Source of the DNA: Anaeramoeba ignava BMAN
Lineage: Eukaryota > Protista > Anaeramoebae
Assembly: GCA_028826165.1 (NCBI GenBank)
Contig: JAPDFW010000114.1
Location: forward strand, 1-64,000
DNA length: 64,000 bases
Direction: 5' to 3'
Under the pieces are notes generated by a model. It worked only from the letters and a program-made list of their open reading frames with translations. It ran no database searches and was not told the DNA's origin. Below, piece by piece: positions 1 to 14,200 of this stretch; within the stretch, counting starts at the first letter, position 1; each line of letters begins with the position of its first letter. The translations under genes were made by a program, and so were the position numbers.

Positions 1-65
1 TATCAAAATTAAAATTAAAATTAAAATTAAAATTAAAATTAAATTGATTTCAAAAAAATAAAAAG

Positions 66-554
66 TGTGTTACTTTCCATCCTAATTGCAATTACATAGC
101 ATCAGGATCGTCAGATTGTTCTATAAGAATATGGGACATTCAGAGTTCTAATTGTGTTCGTATTCTTAACAACGAACACAAAGTAGGTGTTACATCAGTA
201 GCATTTTCACCACAAGGAAATTTCTTAGCAAGTGGAGATGAGAATGGAGAAGTTGTAGTATGGGATATTGGTCAAGGAGAAGCAGTTTACAAATTTGGGA
301 GCAAAAAACCAATAATTTCAAATTCGCTACAAATTGGTTCAAAAAAGCAGGCAATTTGGTCGTTACAATTCAGTCCATTTGACGGCAATATTTTGGTTGC
401 TGGAACTCAAGATTCTTCAATCCGTTTTTTTGATCTTTCTTCTTATATTAGTGACCCTTCTCATGATTTGTCTACTCCTAATAATTCTCTTGTTCATGTT
501 GGTTTTTCTAGTAGAGAAATACTTAGAGCTGTTGGAATAAGAAATGTTGATTAA
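66..554 (+). CDS. TAF5: TFIID subunit TAF5, C-terminal WD40 repeats (last exon; gene begins upstream of the window)
   Basis: After the AAAAG acceptor at 61-65 the frame reads CVTFHPNCNYIASGSSDCSIRIWDIQSSNCVRIL...VAFSPQGNFLASGDENGEVVVWDIG...VHVGFSSREILRAVG to TAA 552-554, matching the TAF5 C-terminal WD40 pattern. Not in the ORF track. Confidence 0.85.
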   Translation, partial: CVTFHPNCNYIASGSSDCSIRIWDIQSSNCVRILNNEHKVGVTSVAFSPQGNFLASGDENGEVVVWDIGQGEAVYKFGSKKPIISNSLQIGSKKQAIWSLQFSPFDGNILVAGTQDSSIRFFDLSSYISDPSHDLSTPNNSLVHVGFSSREILRAVGIRNVD

Positions 555-604
555 TTCTAAAAAAATTGATCAAACTTGATCAGAATTTTTTTTGACATTT
601 TTTT

Positions 605-1700
605 TTAAATAAATTTTATATCAATTTTATATCAATTTTAAATTAATTTCAAATCAATTTTATATCAATTTTATATCAATTTTAAATTAATTTTAAATCA
701 ATTTTAAATAAATTTTAAATAAATTTTAAATCAATTTTAAATCAATTTTATATCAATTTTAAATAAATTTTAAATCAATTTTAAATAAATTTTAAATCAA
801 TTTTATATCAATTTTATATCAATTTTAAATCAATTTTAAATCAATTTTAAATAAATTTTAAATCAATTTTAAATCAATTTTATATTAATTTTAAATCAAT
901 TTTATATCAATTTTAAATCAATTTTATATAAATTTTATATCAATTTTAAATCAATTTTATATCAATTTTAAATAAATTTTATATCAATTTTAAATCAATT
1001 TTAAATCAATTTTATATCAATTTTAAATCAATTTTAAATCAATTTTAAATAAATTTTATATCAATTTTATATCAATTTTAAATCAATTTTATATCAATTT
1101 TAAATCAATTTTATATCAATTTTTAAATAAATTTTAAATCAATTTTAAATAAATTTTTAATCAATTTTATATCAATTTTAAATCAATTTTTAAATCAATT
1201 TTAAATCAATTTTAAATCAATTTTATATCAATTTTATATCAATTTTAAATCAATTTTAAATTAATTTTAAATCAATTTTAAATCAATTTTATATTAATTT
1301 TATATTAATTTTAAATCAATTTTAAATCAATTTTAAATCAATTTTTATATCAATTTTTAAATTAATTTTATATCAATTTTAAATCAATTTTATATCAATT
1401 TTATATCAATTTTAAATTAATTTTATATCAATTTTAAATCAATTTTAAATAAATTTTAAATAAATTTTAAATCAATTTTAAATCAATTTTAAATCAATTT
1501 TAAATTAATTTTAAATCAATTTTAAATCAATTTTATATCAATTTTAAATTAATTTTAAATCAATTTTAAATAAATTTTAAATCAATTTTATATTAATTTT
1601 AAATAAATTTTAAATCAATTTTAAATCAATTTTAAATAAATTTTAAATCAATTTTAAATAAATTTTAAATTAATTTTAAATAAATTTTAAATAAATTTTT
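605..1700. repeat. Intergenic 11-bp satellite (AAATCAATTTT and variants)
   Basis: About 100 degenerate tandem units read directly. Confidence 0.95.
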
Positions 1701-1745
1701 TTCATTTTTTTTTTTCATTTTTTTTTTGTTTGTTTGTTTTTTTTA

Positions 1746-4700
1746 ATGGAAATTGATCCAATTAATTTAAGAAAACGTTATGAAGAAATTATTAAAAAAG
1801 GAAACGAAGATGAAAAAAATATTGAAAATTATATTTCTGAGTTAAGAAAACTTGTACTTTTACATGGTTTACCAGATGAGAATGAAGTAAACAAATTTTA
1901 AAAGGAAATTTAACGAAAATTTTAAAAACAGATGGAAAAAAACAAATTTACAATCGATTTTACAAAGATTTTACAAAGAATTTTTACACAAATATATTAA
2001 CAAATATATTAACAAATATATTAACAAATATATTAACAAATTTATTAACAAATATACTAACAAATATATTAACAAATATATTAACAAATTTATTAACAAA
2101 TATACTAACAAATATATTAACAAATTTATTAACAAATATATTAACAAATTTATTAACAAATTTATTAACAAATTTATTAACAAATATATTAACAAATATA
2201 TTAACAAATATACTAACAAATATATTAACAAATATATTAACAAATATATTAACAAATTTATTAACAAATATATTAACAAATATACTAACAAAATATACTA
2301 ACAAATATATTAACAAATATATTAACAAATTTATTAACAAATATACTAACAAATATATTAACAAATTTATTAACAAATATATTAACAAATATACTAACAA
2401 AATATACTAACAAATTTTATTAACAAATATATTAACAAATATATTAACAAATATATTAACAAATATATTAACAAATTTATTAACAAATTTATTAACAAAT
2501 TTATTAACAAATATATTAACAAATTTATTAACAAATATATTAATAAATTTATTAACAAATATATTAACAAATATATTAACAAATATATTAACAAATATAT
2601 TAATAAATATATTAACAAATATATTAACAAATATATAATTAAATTTATTAACAAATATATTAACAAAATATATTAATAAATATATTAACAAATATACTAA
2701 CAAATATATTAATAAATATATTAACAAATATATTAACAAATATATTAACAAATATATAATTTAATTTATAATTCAAATTATAATTAAATTTATAATTAAA
2801 TATATAATTCAATTTATAATTCAAATTATAATTAAATTTATAATTAAATTTATAATTAAATTTATAATTAAATATATAATTAAATTTATAATTTTATTAG
2901 GAAGATGAAAATAATATGAAAGATGGAAGTGGTTGTACTTTAAGAGGTTTAATTTGGAAAATATTTTTACAAGTTGATAATATAAATGCAAAAGAATATA
3001 TATCATTAATTGAAAAAGGAAGATGTGAAAAAAGATTATTTTGGAAAATTAAAGATGATACATGTAGAACATTTAAGAATGATGAAATATTTCATAAAAG
3101 AGTACCAGAAGAACAATTAGTGAGATTATTGAATACATTTTTAAATAAATGTGGTAAAGGAATGAACAAAGGAATAATAATTAAAACTTTTTCTAATATA
3201 TTTATTTCAAAATATTTAATTTATTTCAATATATTTAATTTATTTCAATATATTTAATTTATTTCAATATATTTAATTCATTTCAAAATATTTAATTTAT
3301 TCCAAAATATTTAATTTATTTCAAAATATTTAATTTATTCCAAAATATTTAATTCATTTCAATATATTTATTTTATTTCAAAATATTTATTTTATTCCAA
3401 AATATTTAATTTATTTCAATATATTTATTTTATTTCAATATATTTAATTTATTCCAATATATTTAATTTATTTCAAAATATTTAATTCATTTCAAAAATA
3501 TTTAATTTATTCCAAAATATTTAATTTATTCCAAAATATTTAATTTATTCCAAAAATATTTAATTTATTCCAATATATTTAATTTATTCCAATATATTTA
3601 ATTTATTCCAATATATTTAATTTATTTCAAAATATTTAATTTATTTCAAAATATTTAATTTATTTCAAAATATTTAATTTATTCCAAAATATTTAATTTA
3701 TTCCAAAATATTTAATTTATTCCAAAAATATTTAATTTATTCCAATATATTTAATTTATTCCAATATATTTAATTTATTTCAAAATATTTAATTTATTTC
3801 AATATATTTAATTAATTTCAATATATTTAATTCATTTCAAAATATTTAATTTATTCCAAAATATTTAATTTATTCCAAAATATTTAATTTATTCCAAAAT
3901 ATTTAATTTATTCCAATATATTTAATTTATTCCAAAATATTTAATTTATTCCAAAATATTTATTTCAATATATTTAATTTATTTCAAAATATTTAATTTA
4001 TTCCAAAATATTTAATTTATTTCAATATATTTAATTTATTTCAAAATATTTAATTTATTTCAAAATATTTGATTAATTTCAAAATATTTAATTTATTCCA
4101 AAATATTTAATTTATTCCAAAATATTTATTTCAAAATATTTATTTTATTTCAAAATATTTAATTTATTTCAAAACAAAGAAAATCAAAATAAAACATCGG
4201 AATTAAAGCTAACTTATGTCCAAGGAATGAATCTTTTATGTGGAGCACTATTATACACGATGCCTGAAATAGATGCGTTTTATGCATTTGATAAATTAAT
4301 CAGCGATCACTGCCCACTTTATGCAGTGAGTCAAATAAAAGGAGTTTATCAAGGAATTTATCTTTTTGATCAAATAGTAAAAATAGTTGATCCAGAACTT
4401 CATACATTTTTTCAACAAACACCAGATTACAATAAAATCTACTTTTTTTCACCAATTATGAGCTTTAGTGCTGGAACTCCTCCTTTTACTGAACTTCTTC
4501 ATCTTTGGGACTTCATGTTTGCTTTTGGTGTTCATCTTAATGTTGTTTTTGTTGTTGCTCAAGTTATTCTTTTAAGAGATGAAATATTGAAATCCAAAAA
4601 TTTAAATGATATTCTTCATACACTTCCAAAATTAAATGCAAAATTAATCATTTCCATTTCAATTTATTTGATAAAACAACTTCCTGATGAATTGTATGAA

Positions 4701-4772
4701 CAACTTGTTCAACATTCAACAACAATATTAGATCAACAATTATCTTTTTCAGAAACATCAAAAGAAAATTGA
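1746..4772 (+). CDS. BUB2: Bub2/Cdc16-family TBC (RabGAP) domain protein, 3 exons
   Basis: Exons 1746-1886, 2901-3153 and 4180-4772 joined by GT-AG introns keep frame: LRKLVLLHGLP...LRGLIWKIFL...IKDDTCRTF (R-finger)...YVQGMNLL (Q-finger)...HLWDFMFAFGVHLNV. Confidence 0.85.
1985..2890. repeat. Intronic 12-bp satellite (TAACAAATATAT, then TAATTAAATTTA) in Bub2 intron 1
   Basis: Tandem array; accounts for the spurious LLIY/FVNI ORFs. Confidence 0.95.
3195..4170. repeat. Intronic 19-bp satellite (ATTTAATTTATTCCAAAAT) in Bub2 intron 2
   Basis: Tandem array read directly. Confidence 0.95.
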
Positions 4773-5455
4773 TTAAAATAATAATAATAAAATTGATTAA
4801 AATAATAATAATAAAATTGATTAAAATAATAATAATAAATAAAATAATAATAATAAAATTGATTAAAATAATAATAATAAAATTAAATAAAATAATAATA
4901 ATAAAATTAATTAAAATAATAATAACAAAATTGATTAAATTATTAATAATAAAATTAAATAAAATAATAATAATAAAATTAAATAAAATAATAATAATAA
5001 AAATAAATAAAATAATAATAATAAAATTGATTAAAATAATAATAATAATAATAATATTAATTAAAATAATAATAATAAAATTAAATAAAATATTAATAAC
5101 AATATTGATTAAAATAATAATAATAAAATTAAATAAAATAATAATAACAAAATTAATTAAAATAACAATAATAAAATTGATTTTTTTTAAAAGAGAAAAT
5201 GAAATAAAATGAATTGAAATGAAAAATTGATTTTCATTGAAAAGTTTTTGTTTTGAAAAAAGAAAAAGAAAAAGAAAATCAATTTTGTTTTGAATTTTGG
5301 TTTGAATTTTGTTTTGAATTGTTTTGAATTTTGTTTGAATTTTGTTTTGAATTTTGTTTTGAATTGTTTTGAATTGTTTTGAATTTTGGTTTGAATTGTT
5401 TTGAATTTTGGTTTGAATTTTGTTTTGAATTTGGTTTGAATTGCTTTGGAAATTT
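4770..5455. repeat. Intergenic AT-rich tandem repeats between the convergent Bub2 and SCAR genes
   Basis: Roughly 24-bp AAATTGATTAAAATAATAATAATA units (4770-5180) and roughly 12-bp TTTGAATTTTGT units (5280-5455). Confidence 0.9.
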
Positions 5456-5468
5456 TAAATGGAAATTT

Positions 5469-6734
5469 TTAATCCCAATCATCATCAGTCTCAGATTCAC
5501 TTTCAGATTCAGAAAACTGAACAGCAGCTCGAATACTCATAGTTTTCATCAAGATCTCAGCAACACTCAAACTTTGAACATCTTGAACATCGAGAGCTTT
5601 TTCAGCAAGTTGACGTTTAGAAGCATCACGAAGAGTTTTACCCGCACGAATCTGCTGCATTAAATTAGATCTACCATCATCCTTTTTCTCGACAGGTTGA
5701 ACATGCCTAAGATTAGCAGAATTAAGCATACCAGAGAGATTAGGAGGGCCAGAGATAGGGGGAGGTGGACCAGAAAGAGGGGGAGGTGGCCCTAATTTTG
5801 GTGGTGGTGGTCCTCCAGTTGGCGGTGGTGGCCCTCCTGTTGGTGGTGGAGGCCCGCCTGTTGGTGGTGGTCCGCCTGTTGGTGGTGGTGGTCCTCCTGT
5901 TGGCGGTGGTGGCCCGCGTGTTGGTAATGGCGGTCCGCGCTTCGGCAGATCCGGTATCTCAGGTAACCCGTCAATGACAGGCGGTGGCAGTGACGTTATT
6001 TGCATCTCCACTTGGGTCGATTTAGGGACATTTTGTTGATGTGACGTTTTTGGTGATGCTACATATGATGTGTCAAATTCTGCCCCCATTGCGTGCACGG
6101 TCTTTTTCTGGATCTTCTTGACAGACTTCTTCTGTGTGTTCCGTGATGTCCGTGTTTTGTGCTTCCGTGTTTGTCGCCGTTGTTTTTGTTCTTCAATTCG
6201 TTTCTTCTGCTTCTCAATTTGAACTGCAACCCATTTCTCAAAGAAGAAACCGGGGCTCGAATAATGTTTTTAATGTCGAACCGTTTTTAATCCGGCAAGT
6301 TGATCAATTGCGGAAAAATCTGGAACTTTTTGACATTGTTCAAATCTAACTGAAAGTGTTTGCGGAATTTCTGCATGTTTGAAAAGTTGGTAATCTTCTC
6401 CAAGATTTGCTTTGTATTCTGCCTTCGGATTGTTACAGAAACTCAATGGATCCGTTTCGTTCATTTTTTCTTCAACTCGTGGTAACCGTTCATCAAGAAC
6501 TACAGTTGCTCTTGCACTTAATTTTTGGATCTTTGTTGTCATTTCTTGTGATACTGATACTAATTCGGAAAATATTGAATGTGAATATGTTGCTAGATCG
6601 CGAAGTTGTAATAGTAATCCTGTTAGAAATGATTGGGAACGATCGCGAACTACATCAATTACTGTTTCCGTTGGTGATTTAAGTGGTGGTGCTTGTTTAC
6701 CATATCCTTTAATTGTGTGTTTAATTAAAACCAT
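5469..6734 (-). CDS. SCAR: SCAR/WAVE family actin nucleation-promoting factor (WHD, basic region, poly-Pro, WH2-C-A); one in-frame TAA in this assembly
   Basis: ORFs 6270-6734 and 5469-6098 share a frame. WHD-like LLQLRDLATYSHSIFSEL...HYSSPGFFFEKW, a basic region, GGPPPPT repeats, WH2 (RSNLMQQIRAGKTLR), a central helix (SVAEILMK) and an acidic DDDWD C-terminus. Confidence 0.9.
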
Positions 6735-6932
6735 TTTGAAAAAGCAAAAAAAAAAACAAATTAAAAAAGAAAAAGAAAAAAAAAAAAGAAAAATGAAAAA
6801 AGAAAAATGAATTTTATTTTAATTTTTTATTTATTTTTTTATTCTTGCCCATTTAAAGAAAAAAAAAATTTATTAAACTCTTTTTTTTAAGTTTTAAAAA
6901 AAATTTTTTCTTCTTTCTTTTTTTTAATTTTT

Positions 6933-9900
6933 CTAATTTAATTTTTCTAATTGATTTTTCGCAAATCCATTTTCTGGATCAAGTTTTAAAACAAATTCAA
7001 ACATTCCTTTTGCTTCTTCTTTTTCACCTTTTAGATTCAAAATGGTTCCTTTTCTTGTATAAGATTTAACGAATTTTGGATCGATTTGAATAGATTTATT
7101 ACAATCTCTTAAACCATAATCAAAAAGAGACAATTTAGTATAAGCAGCAGCACGATTACTAAAAAGAATAGGATTTTCAGGATCCATTTTAATAGCTTCT
7201 GTATAAAATTCAAGAGCTTTTTCGAAATTTCCATCATTGAAAAATTCGTTCCCCTTTTTTTTTGCTTCTTCACTTTTTTCTTTATCAAAATGTTTTTTTT
7301 GGAATTCCTCTAATTCTTTCAAGTTTTCTTGAAGCATTTTTGAATTTGGACTCTCTTTCAATCCTTTTGTGAATGTTTCTTCTGCTTCTTTGTATAATCC
7401 TTGGAGATATAAACTTGTCCCTAATCTATGATATCCTTTATCCCATTCTTTTTTGATTGAAATTACTTTTTTCGCGTCTTGTTCGGATTCAATAAGCTTG
7501 TTTAATTTCAGGAAGGTTGCGCTGCGATTGCTGTATAAAATGTGATTGTTTGGATCTAGTTCGATTCCGCGTGTGAATAATTTTATTGCTTGTTGGTAAT
7601 CTCCTTTTTGGAAAAATTCATTTCCTTTTGTTTTGCATTGCATTGGCTTTATAAAATTATTTATAAAATCAATTATAAAATTAATTATAAAATTAAATAT
7701 AAAATTAAATATAAAATTAAATATAAAATTAAATATAAAATTAAATATAAAATTATTTATAAAATTATTTATAAAATTATTTATAAAATTAATTATAAAA
7801 TTAATTATAAAATTATTTATAAAATTATTTATAAAATTAATTATAAAATTATTTATAAAATTATTTATAAAATTAATTATAAAATTAAATATAAAATTAA
7901 ATATAAAATTAATTATAAAATTAAATATAAAATTAATTATAAAATTAATTATAAAATTAAATATAAAAATTATATATAAAATTAAATATAAAATTATTTA
8001 TAAAATTATTTATAAAATTAAATATAAAATTATTTATAAAATTATTTATAAAATTATTTTATAAAATTAATTATAAAATTAAATATAAAATTAAATATAA
8101 AATTAATTATAAAATTAAATATAAAATTATTTATAAAATTATTTATAAAATTATATATAAAATTAATTATAAAATTATTTATAAAATTATATATAAAATT
8201 ATATATAAAATTATTTATAAAATTATTTATAAAATTATTTATAAAATTATTTATAAAATTATTTATAAAATTATTTATAAAATTATTTATAAAATTATAT
8301 ATATAATTATTTATAAAATTAAATATAAAATTATTTATAAAATTATTTATAAAATTATATATATAATTAATTATAAAATTAATTATAAAATTATTTATAA
8401 AATTATTTATAAAATTAAATATAAAATTATTTATAAAATTATTTATAAAATTATTTATTAAATTATTTATTAATTTATTTATAAAATTAAATATAAAATT
8501 ATTTATAAAATTAAATATAAAATTATTTATAAAATTAAATATAAAATTATTTATAAAATTAAATATAAAATTATATATAAAATTAATTATAAAATTATTT
8601 ATAAAATTATATATAAAATTATTTATAAAATTATTTATAAAATTAATTATAAAATTATTTATAATATTATTTATAAAATTATTTATAAAATTATTTATAA
8701 AATTATTTATAAAATTATATATAAAATTATATATAAAATTATTTATAAAATTATTTATAAAATTATTTATAAAAATTATATATAAAATTATTTATAAAAT
8801 TATTTATAAAATTATTTATTAAATTATTAATTAAATTATTTATTAAATTAATTATAAAATTATTTATTAAATTATTAATTAAATTATTTATTAAATTAAT
8901 TATAAAATTATTTATAAAATTATTTATAAAATTATTTATAAACTTAATTATAAATTTATTTATAAAATTAATTATAAAATTAATTATAAAATTAATTATA
9001 AAATTTATTATTAAATTATTTATTAAATTAATTATAAATTTATTTATAAAATTATTTATAAAATTAAATATAAAATTATTTATAAAATTATTTATAAAAT
9101 TATTTATAAAATTATTTATAAAATTATATATGAAATTATTTATAAAATTAATTATAAAATTATTTATAAAATTATTTATAAAATTATTTATAAAATTATT
9201 TATAAAATTATATATAAAATTATTTATAAAATTATTTATAAAATTAATTATAAAATTATTTTATAAAATTATTTATAAAATTATTTATAAAAATTATTTA
9301 TAAAATTATTTATAAAATTATTTATAAAATTAATTATAAAATTAATTATAAAATTAATTATAAAATTAAATATAAAAATTATATATAAAATTAAATATAA
9401 AATTATTTATAAAATTATTTATAAAATTATTTATAAAATTATTTATAAAATTATTTATAAAATTATTTTATAAAATTATTTATAAAATTATTTATAAAAT
9501 TATTTATAAAATTAATTATAAAATTAATTATAAAATTAATTATAAAAATTAAATATAAAATTAATTATAAAATTATTAATAAAATTAAATATAAAATTAT
9601 TATAAAATTAATTATAAATTTATTTATAAAATTATATATAAAATTATTTATAAAATTAATTATAAAATTAATTATAAAATTAAATATAAAATTATTTATA
9701 AAATTATTTATAAAATTATTTATAAAATTATTTATAAAATTATTTATAAAATTATTTATAAAATTATTTATAAAAATTATTTATAAAATTATTTATAAAA
9801 TTATTTATAAAATTATTTATAAAATTATTTTATAAAATTATTTATAAAAAATTTATTTATAAAATTATTTATAAAATTATTTATAAAATTATTTATAAAA

Positions 9901-11152
9901 TTAATTATAAAATTATTTATAAAATTAATTATAAAATTATTTATAAAATTATTTATAAAATTATTTATAAAATTATTTATAAAATTATTTATAAAATTAT
10001 TTATAAAATTAATTATAAAATTATTTATAAAATTATTAATAAAATTATTTATAAAATTATATATAAAATTATTAATAAAATTAAATATAAAATTATATAT
10101 AAAATTAATTATAAAAATTATTTATAAAATTATTAATAAAATTAAATATAAAATTATTAATTAAATTATTTATAAAATTATTTATAAAAATTATTTATAA
10201 ATTTATTATAAAATTATTTATAAAATTATTTTATAAAATTATTTATAAAATTATTTATAAAATTATTTATAAAATTATTTATAAAATTATTTATAAAATT
10301 ATTAATAAAATTATTTATAAAATTATTTATAAAATTATTTATAAAATTATTTATAAAATTAATTATAAAATTTAATATAAAATTAAATATAAAATTATTT
10401 ATAAAATTAAATATAAAATTAAATATAAAATTATTTATAAAATTATATATAAAATTATTTATTAAATTAATTATAAAATTAATTATAAAATTAATTATAA
10501 AATTATTTATAAAATTATTTATAAAATTATATATAAAATTATTTATAAAATTATATATAAAATTATTTATTAAATTATTTATAAAATTAAATATAAATTT
10601 ATTTATAAAATTATTTATAAATTTATTTATAAATTTATTATAAAATTATTAAATAATTTACATCCTAAAAAAGAAATGAAATTAAAATTAAAATTATTTA
10701 TAAAATTAAATATAAAATTATTTACATTTGGAATTGGATCAACAGCATATTTTTGAACAGCTTGAGTTAATTTATTTATATCAGCACCAGGAAATTGAAA
10801 TAAAAGTTTTTTATTAAGATAAAAAGAAAAAGTTGGCATTGCTTGAATTTTATAAGTTGCAGCAAGAAAATTCTGTTCATCAACATCAACATGTAAAAAT
10901 ATAACATTTGGATATTGCTGACTTAATTTTTGATAATAAGGTTCAATCATTTTACAAGGACCACCTTTTAAAAAATAAACAAAAATTTTTTTTAATTAAA
11001 TTTATTTAGATTTTTGAATAGTCAGTTTTTTTTTGGATTGTTTTTTATTATTTCTTACACCAATCTGCTGTCCATTTAATTACAATAAGTTGATCAGGGG
11101 TATTTAAAATATTATCGAATTGAGTTGAACTTGTAATATTTTCAATACTCAT
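6933..11152 (-). CDS. Thioredoxin (WCGPC)-TPR fusion protein with two STI1/HOP-like TPR blocks; 4 exons including a 3-nt microexon
   Basis: Exons 11152-11059, 10964-10726, 10664-10662 (GAT) and 7646-6933. Splicing rebuilds W-C-G-P-C across intron 1 and PIPN-D-PMQCKTKGNEFF across the 3-kb intron. TPR motifs KGNEFF and YSNRSA are present. Confidence 0.8.
7650..10655. repeat. 3-kb almost pure A/T 12-bp satellite (TATAAAATTATT) filling an intron of the Trx-TPR gene
   Basis: Tandem array bounded on the minus strand by GT (10661-10660) and AG (7648-7647). Confidence 0.95.
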
Positions 11153-11246
11153 TTTTTTTTTAGTTTTGAAAAGAAAAAAATGATCTTTGAAAAAAAGGAA
11201 AAAATTTTGTTTTTAAATTCGATTTTTTTTTTTTAATTATTTTTTT

Positions 11247-14200
11247 TTAATTCAAATTTGATTCCCTCAAAATTAAATCAATTATGGAATTGGGATTTAA
11301 TTGATAAAAATCTTTTAAATCTAAAAACTCTTCTATAATTTCTTTTTTAATTTCTTTTGAAAATTTATCGTGATAAAGAAAATAAATTAATTCTTGAATT
11401 GTTTCAAATGATTTTCTTGAATAATCATGAACTTGATTAGATGAATCTTGAACATTTAATTGAAACATCCCTTTAAATAACTCACTTCTTAAAATTAATA
11501 TTATTTTATGAACTTTGATTTCTTTTTCTTCAACAATTATTGTAAAATCTTTTGTTTCATTTCTTTCATATAATTTCCCAAAATCTTTAATTATTCCTTT
11601 TATTCCTTTTTTTTGATTTATCCAATTTGAATCAAATCCAATTTCTTTGAAAAATTCTGGAATTGGATTGATTTCTTCTTTTTGATTTTCTTCTGTTTTA
11701 TTTTGTTTTGAAACAATCTGCTCATACATTTCTTCAAAATTGACAAATCCTGTATAAAGAAAATTTATAGCATTCTCAACCTCTGTTTTTGATTTCTCAT
11801 GGCAAATATCAACAAACTTTTGCAAAATCGATTCATTGTTGTCGAACCGTGTCAAAAGAATCAGTTTATGCACTTTGAATCTAGAAGAATCAATTGATTG
11901 AATTTGATAATCTGAAAAAACACCATTTGATTTTAATAAATTGCTTAAATCTTGATTGAATGAATAAACTTGAGAGAATAATTGAATAAATTGTTTTGAG
12001 ATTTGATCTTCTTTCAAATTGGAAGTAGTAGCTCCACTCATCAATAGTAATCGAATTAATATCCCATTTCCGTTCCGAATCGATGATGAAAGAGGCGATG
12101 AATTTTCATGTGTTAATCCATCGACATCAGCGCCATTATCAATGAAGTATTTGATAATTTCAAGTGATGAATTCATATAACAAGCAAAAAATAACGCTGA
12201 TTGATTTTGGTTTGTTTTCGCATGAATATCAGCACCTTTTTCAATTAAATATTGTATTGTTTGAGACTGGGATTTGCGGCAAGCAAAATGCAAAGCGGTT
12301 TCATCTCTCGTAGTTTTTGCATTGATATCAACCCCTTTTTCAACAAAATATTTAATCACATCAAACGGTAAACCTCTTAAACAAGCAAGGTGCAAAACCG
12401 TTTCATCTTGATTTGTTTTTGCATTAACATCAGCCCCCTTTTCAATCAGATATCGAATAAATTCAGTCGATCTTCTTTGACATGCAAAATGCAAAATAGT
12501 GGAATTGTTGTTTGTTTTTGCATTAATATCAGCTCCCTTCGCAATTAAATATTCCACAATTTTGGGTTTTCGAGAATTTTCGAAGGCAGAATGCAAAGGT
12601 GTTTGGTTGCTATTTGTTCTTGAATTGATATCAATCCCATTTTCAATAAGATACTGAATAGTTTTAAGCGATTTATTTTGACATGCAAAATGCAAAGTTG
12701 TGTAATTGCGATTTGTTTTTGCATTAATATCAGCTCCCTTTTCAATAAGATACTTGGTAATTCTAAACGATGCACTTTGGCATGCATAATGCAAAATTGT
12801 TTGATCATGAATTGTTTTTGCATTCACATCAGCTCCATTTTCCACCAAATATTCCACAATTTCAAATGGAGAACTATTCTGACAAACAAAATGCAAAGCT
12901 GTGTAATTTATATTAGTTTGTGCGTTAACATCAACACCACTTTCAATCAAATATTTAACAGCATCCAAAGATGGGTAATTATCACAAGTCAAGTGTAAAA
13001 CAGTTTCATTCCTAATTGTCTTTTCATGGATATCAAGTCCTTTCTCAACGAAATACTTTATAATTTCTAATGACACATTTTCCCACGAAGCAAGATGAAG
13101 AGCGGTTTGATTTTGACTTGTTTTCGCCTGAATATCAACCCCACTTTCAACTAGATATTTGACAAATTCAAGCGAATTATTGTGAAAAGCATAATGCAAA
13201 ACTGTTTCATTTCCGTGATTTTTTGCATTAATATCAAGTCCTTTTCCAATTAAATATCTCATAATTTCAAGAGACGAAATATTTTGACAAGCTGAAAATA
13301 AGGCTGTTTCATTTTCACTTGTTTTCGCCTGAATATCAACCCCACTTTCAACTAGATATTTGACAACTTCAAGCGAATTATTTCGACAAGCGCGATGCAA
13401 AATAGTTTCATCATTAGCTGTTTTGGCATGAATATCAAGTCCCTTTTCAATAAGAAATTTTACCACTTCTAACGAGTGGTATTGACAAACAAAATGCAAA
13501 GCTGTTTCATTTGCTCTAGTTGTGGCATGAACATCAATTCCATTTTCAACTAACAACCGTATAATTTCAAACGATGGGTTAGTTTCACAAGCAATATGCA
13601 ACGCAGTTTCGCCATATGTCGATTTTGTATTGATATCAAGTTGGTTCTCAATTAAAAATTCAACAATTTCTGGTGTGGATTTACTTTCACAAGCAAAATG
13701 GAGTATTGTTTCATTGTAACTTGTTTTTTCATTAAAATCACATCCCTTTGATATTAAAAATTTTATCATATCTAATGATGTATTTTGGGAGCCAAAATGC
13801 AAAATTGATTCATTCCAAATTGTTTTCGCATTCACATCAGCTCCCATTTCAATAAGATATCTCATAACTTCATTTGAATTATTCCCACAAGCTAAATGCA
13901 AAGCTGTTCGATTTTGGTTTGTTTTTTCATTGACATCTAATCCCTTTTTAATAAGAAATTCAATAACTTCAATAGAGTTATTTTTACAAGCAAAATGCAA
14001 AGCTGTTTGATTTTGGTTTGTTTTTTCATTGACATCTAATCCCTTTTTAATAAGAAATTCAATAACTTCAATAGAGTTATTTTTACAAGCAAAATGCAAA
14101 GCTGTTTGATTTTGATGTGTTTTTGCTTTAAGATCAAGTCCTTTTTGAATAAGAAATTCAATCACTTCAATAGAATTATTTTGACAAGCAAAATGTAAAG

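Noticed and set aside
334-540. 68-aa hydrophobic ORF
   Set aside because: It is an alternate frame of the TAF5 exon.
1971-2751. Low-complexity ORFs (LLIY, FVNI, and likewise IKL, ILIL, DFDF, FINN elsewhere)
   Set aside because: They are translations of satellites whose period is a multiple of 3, lying in introns or spacers.
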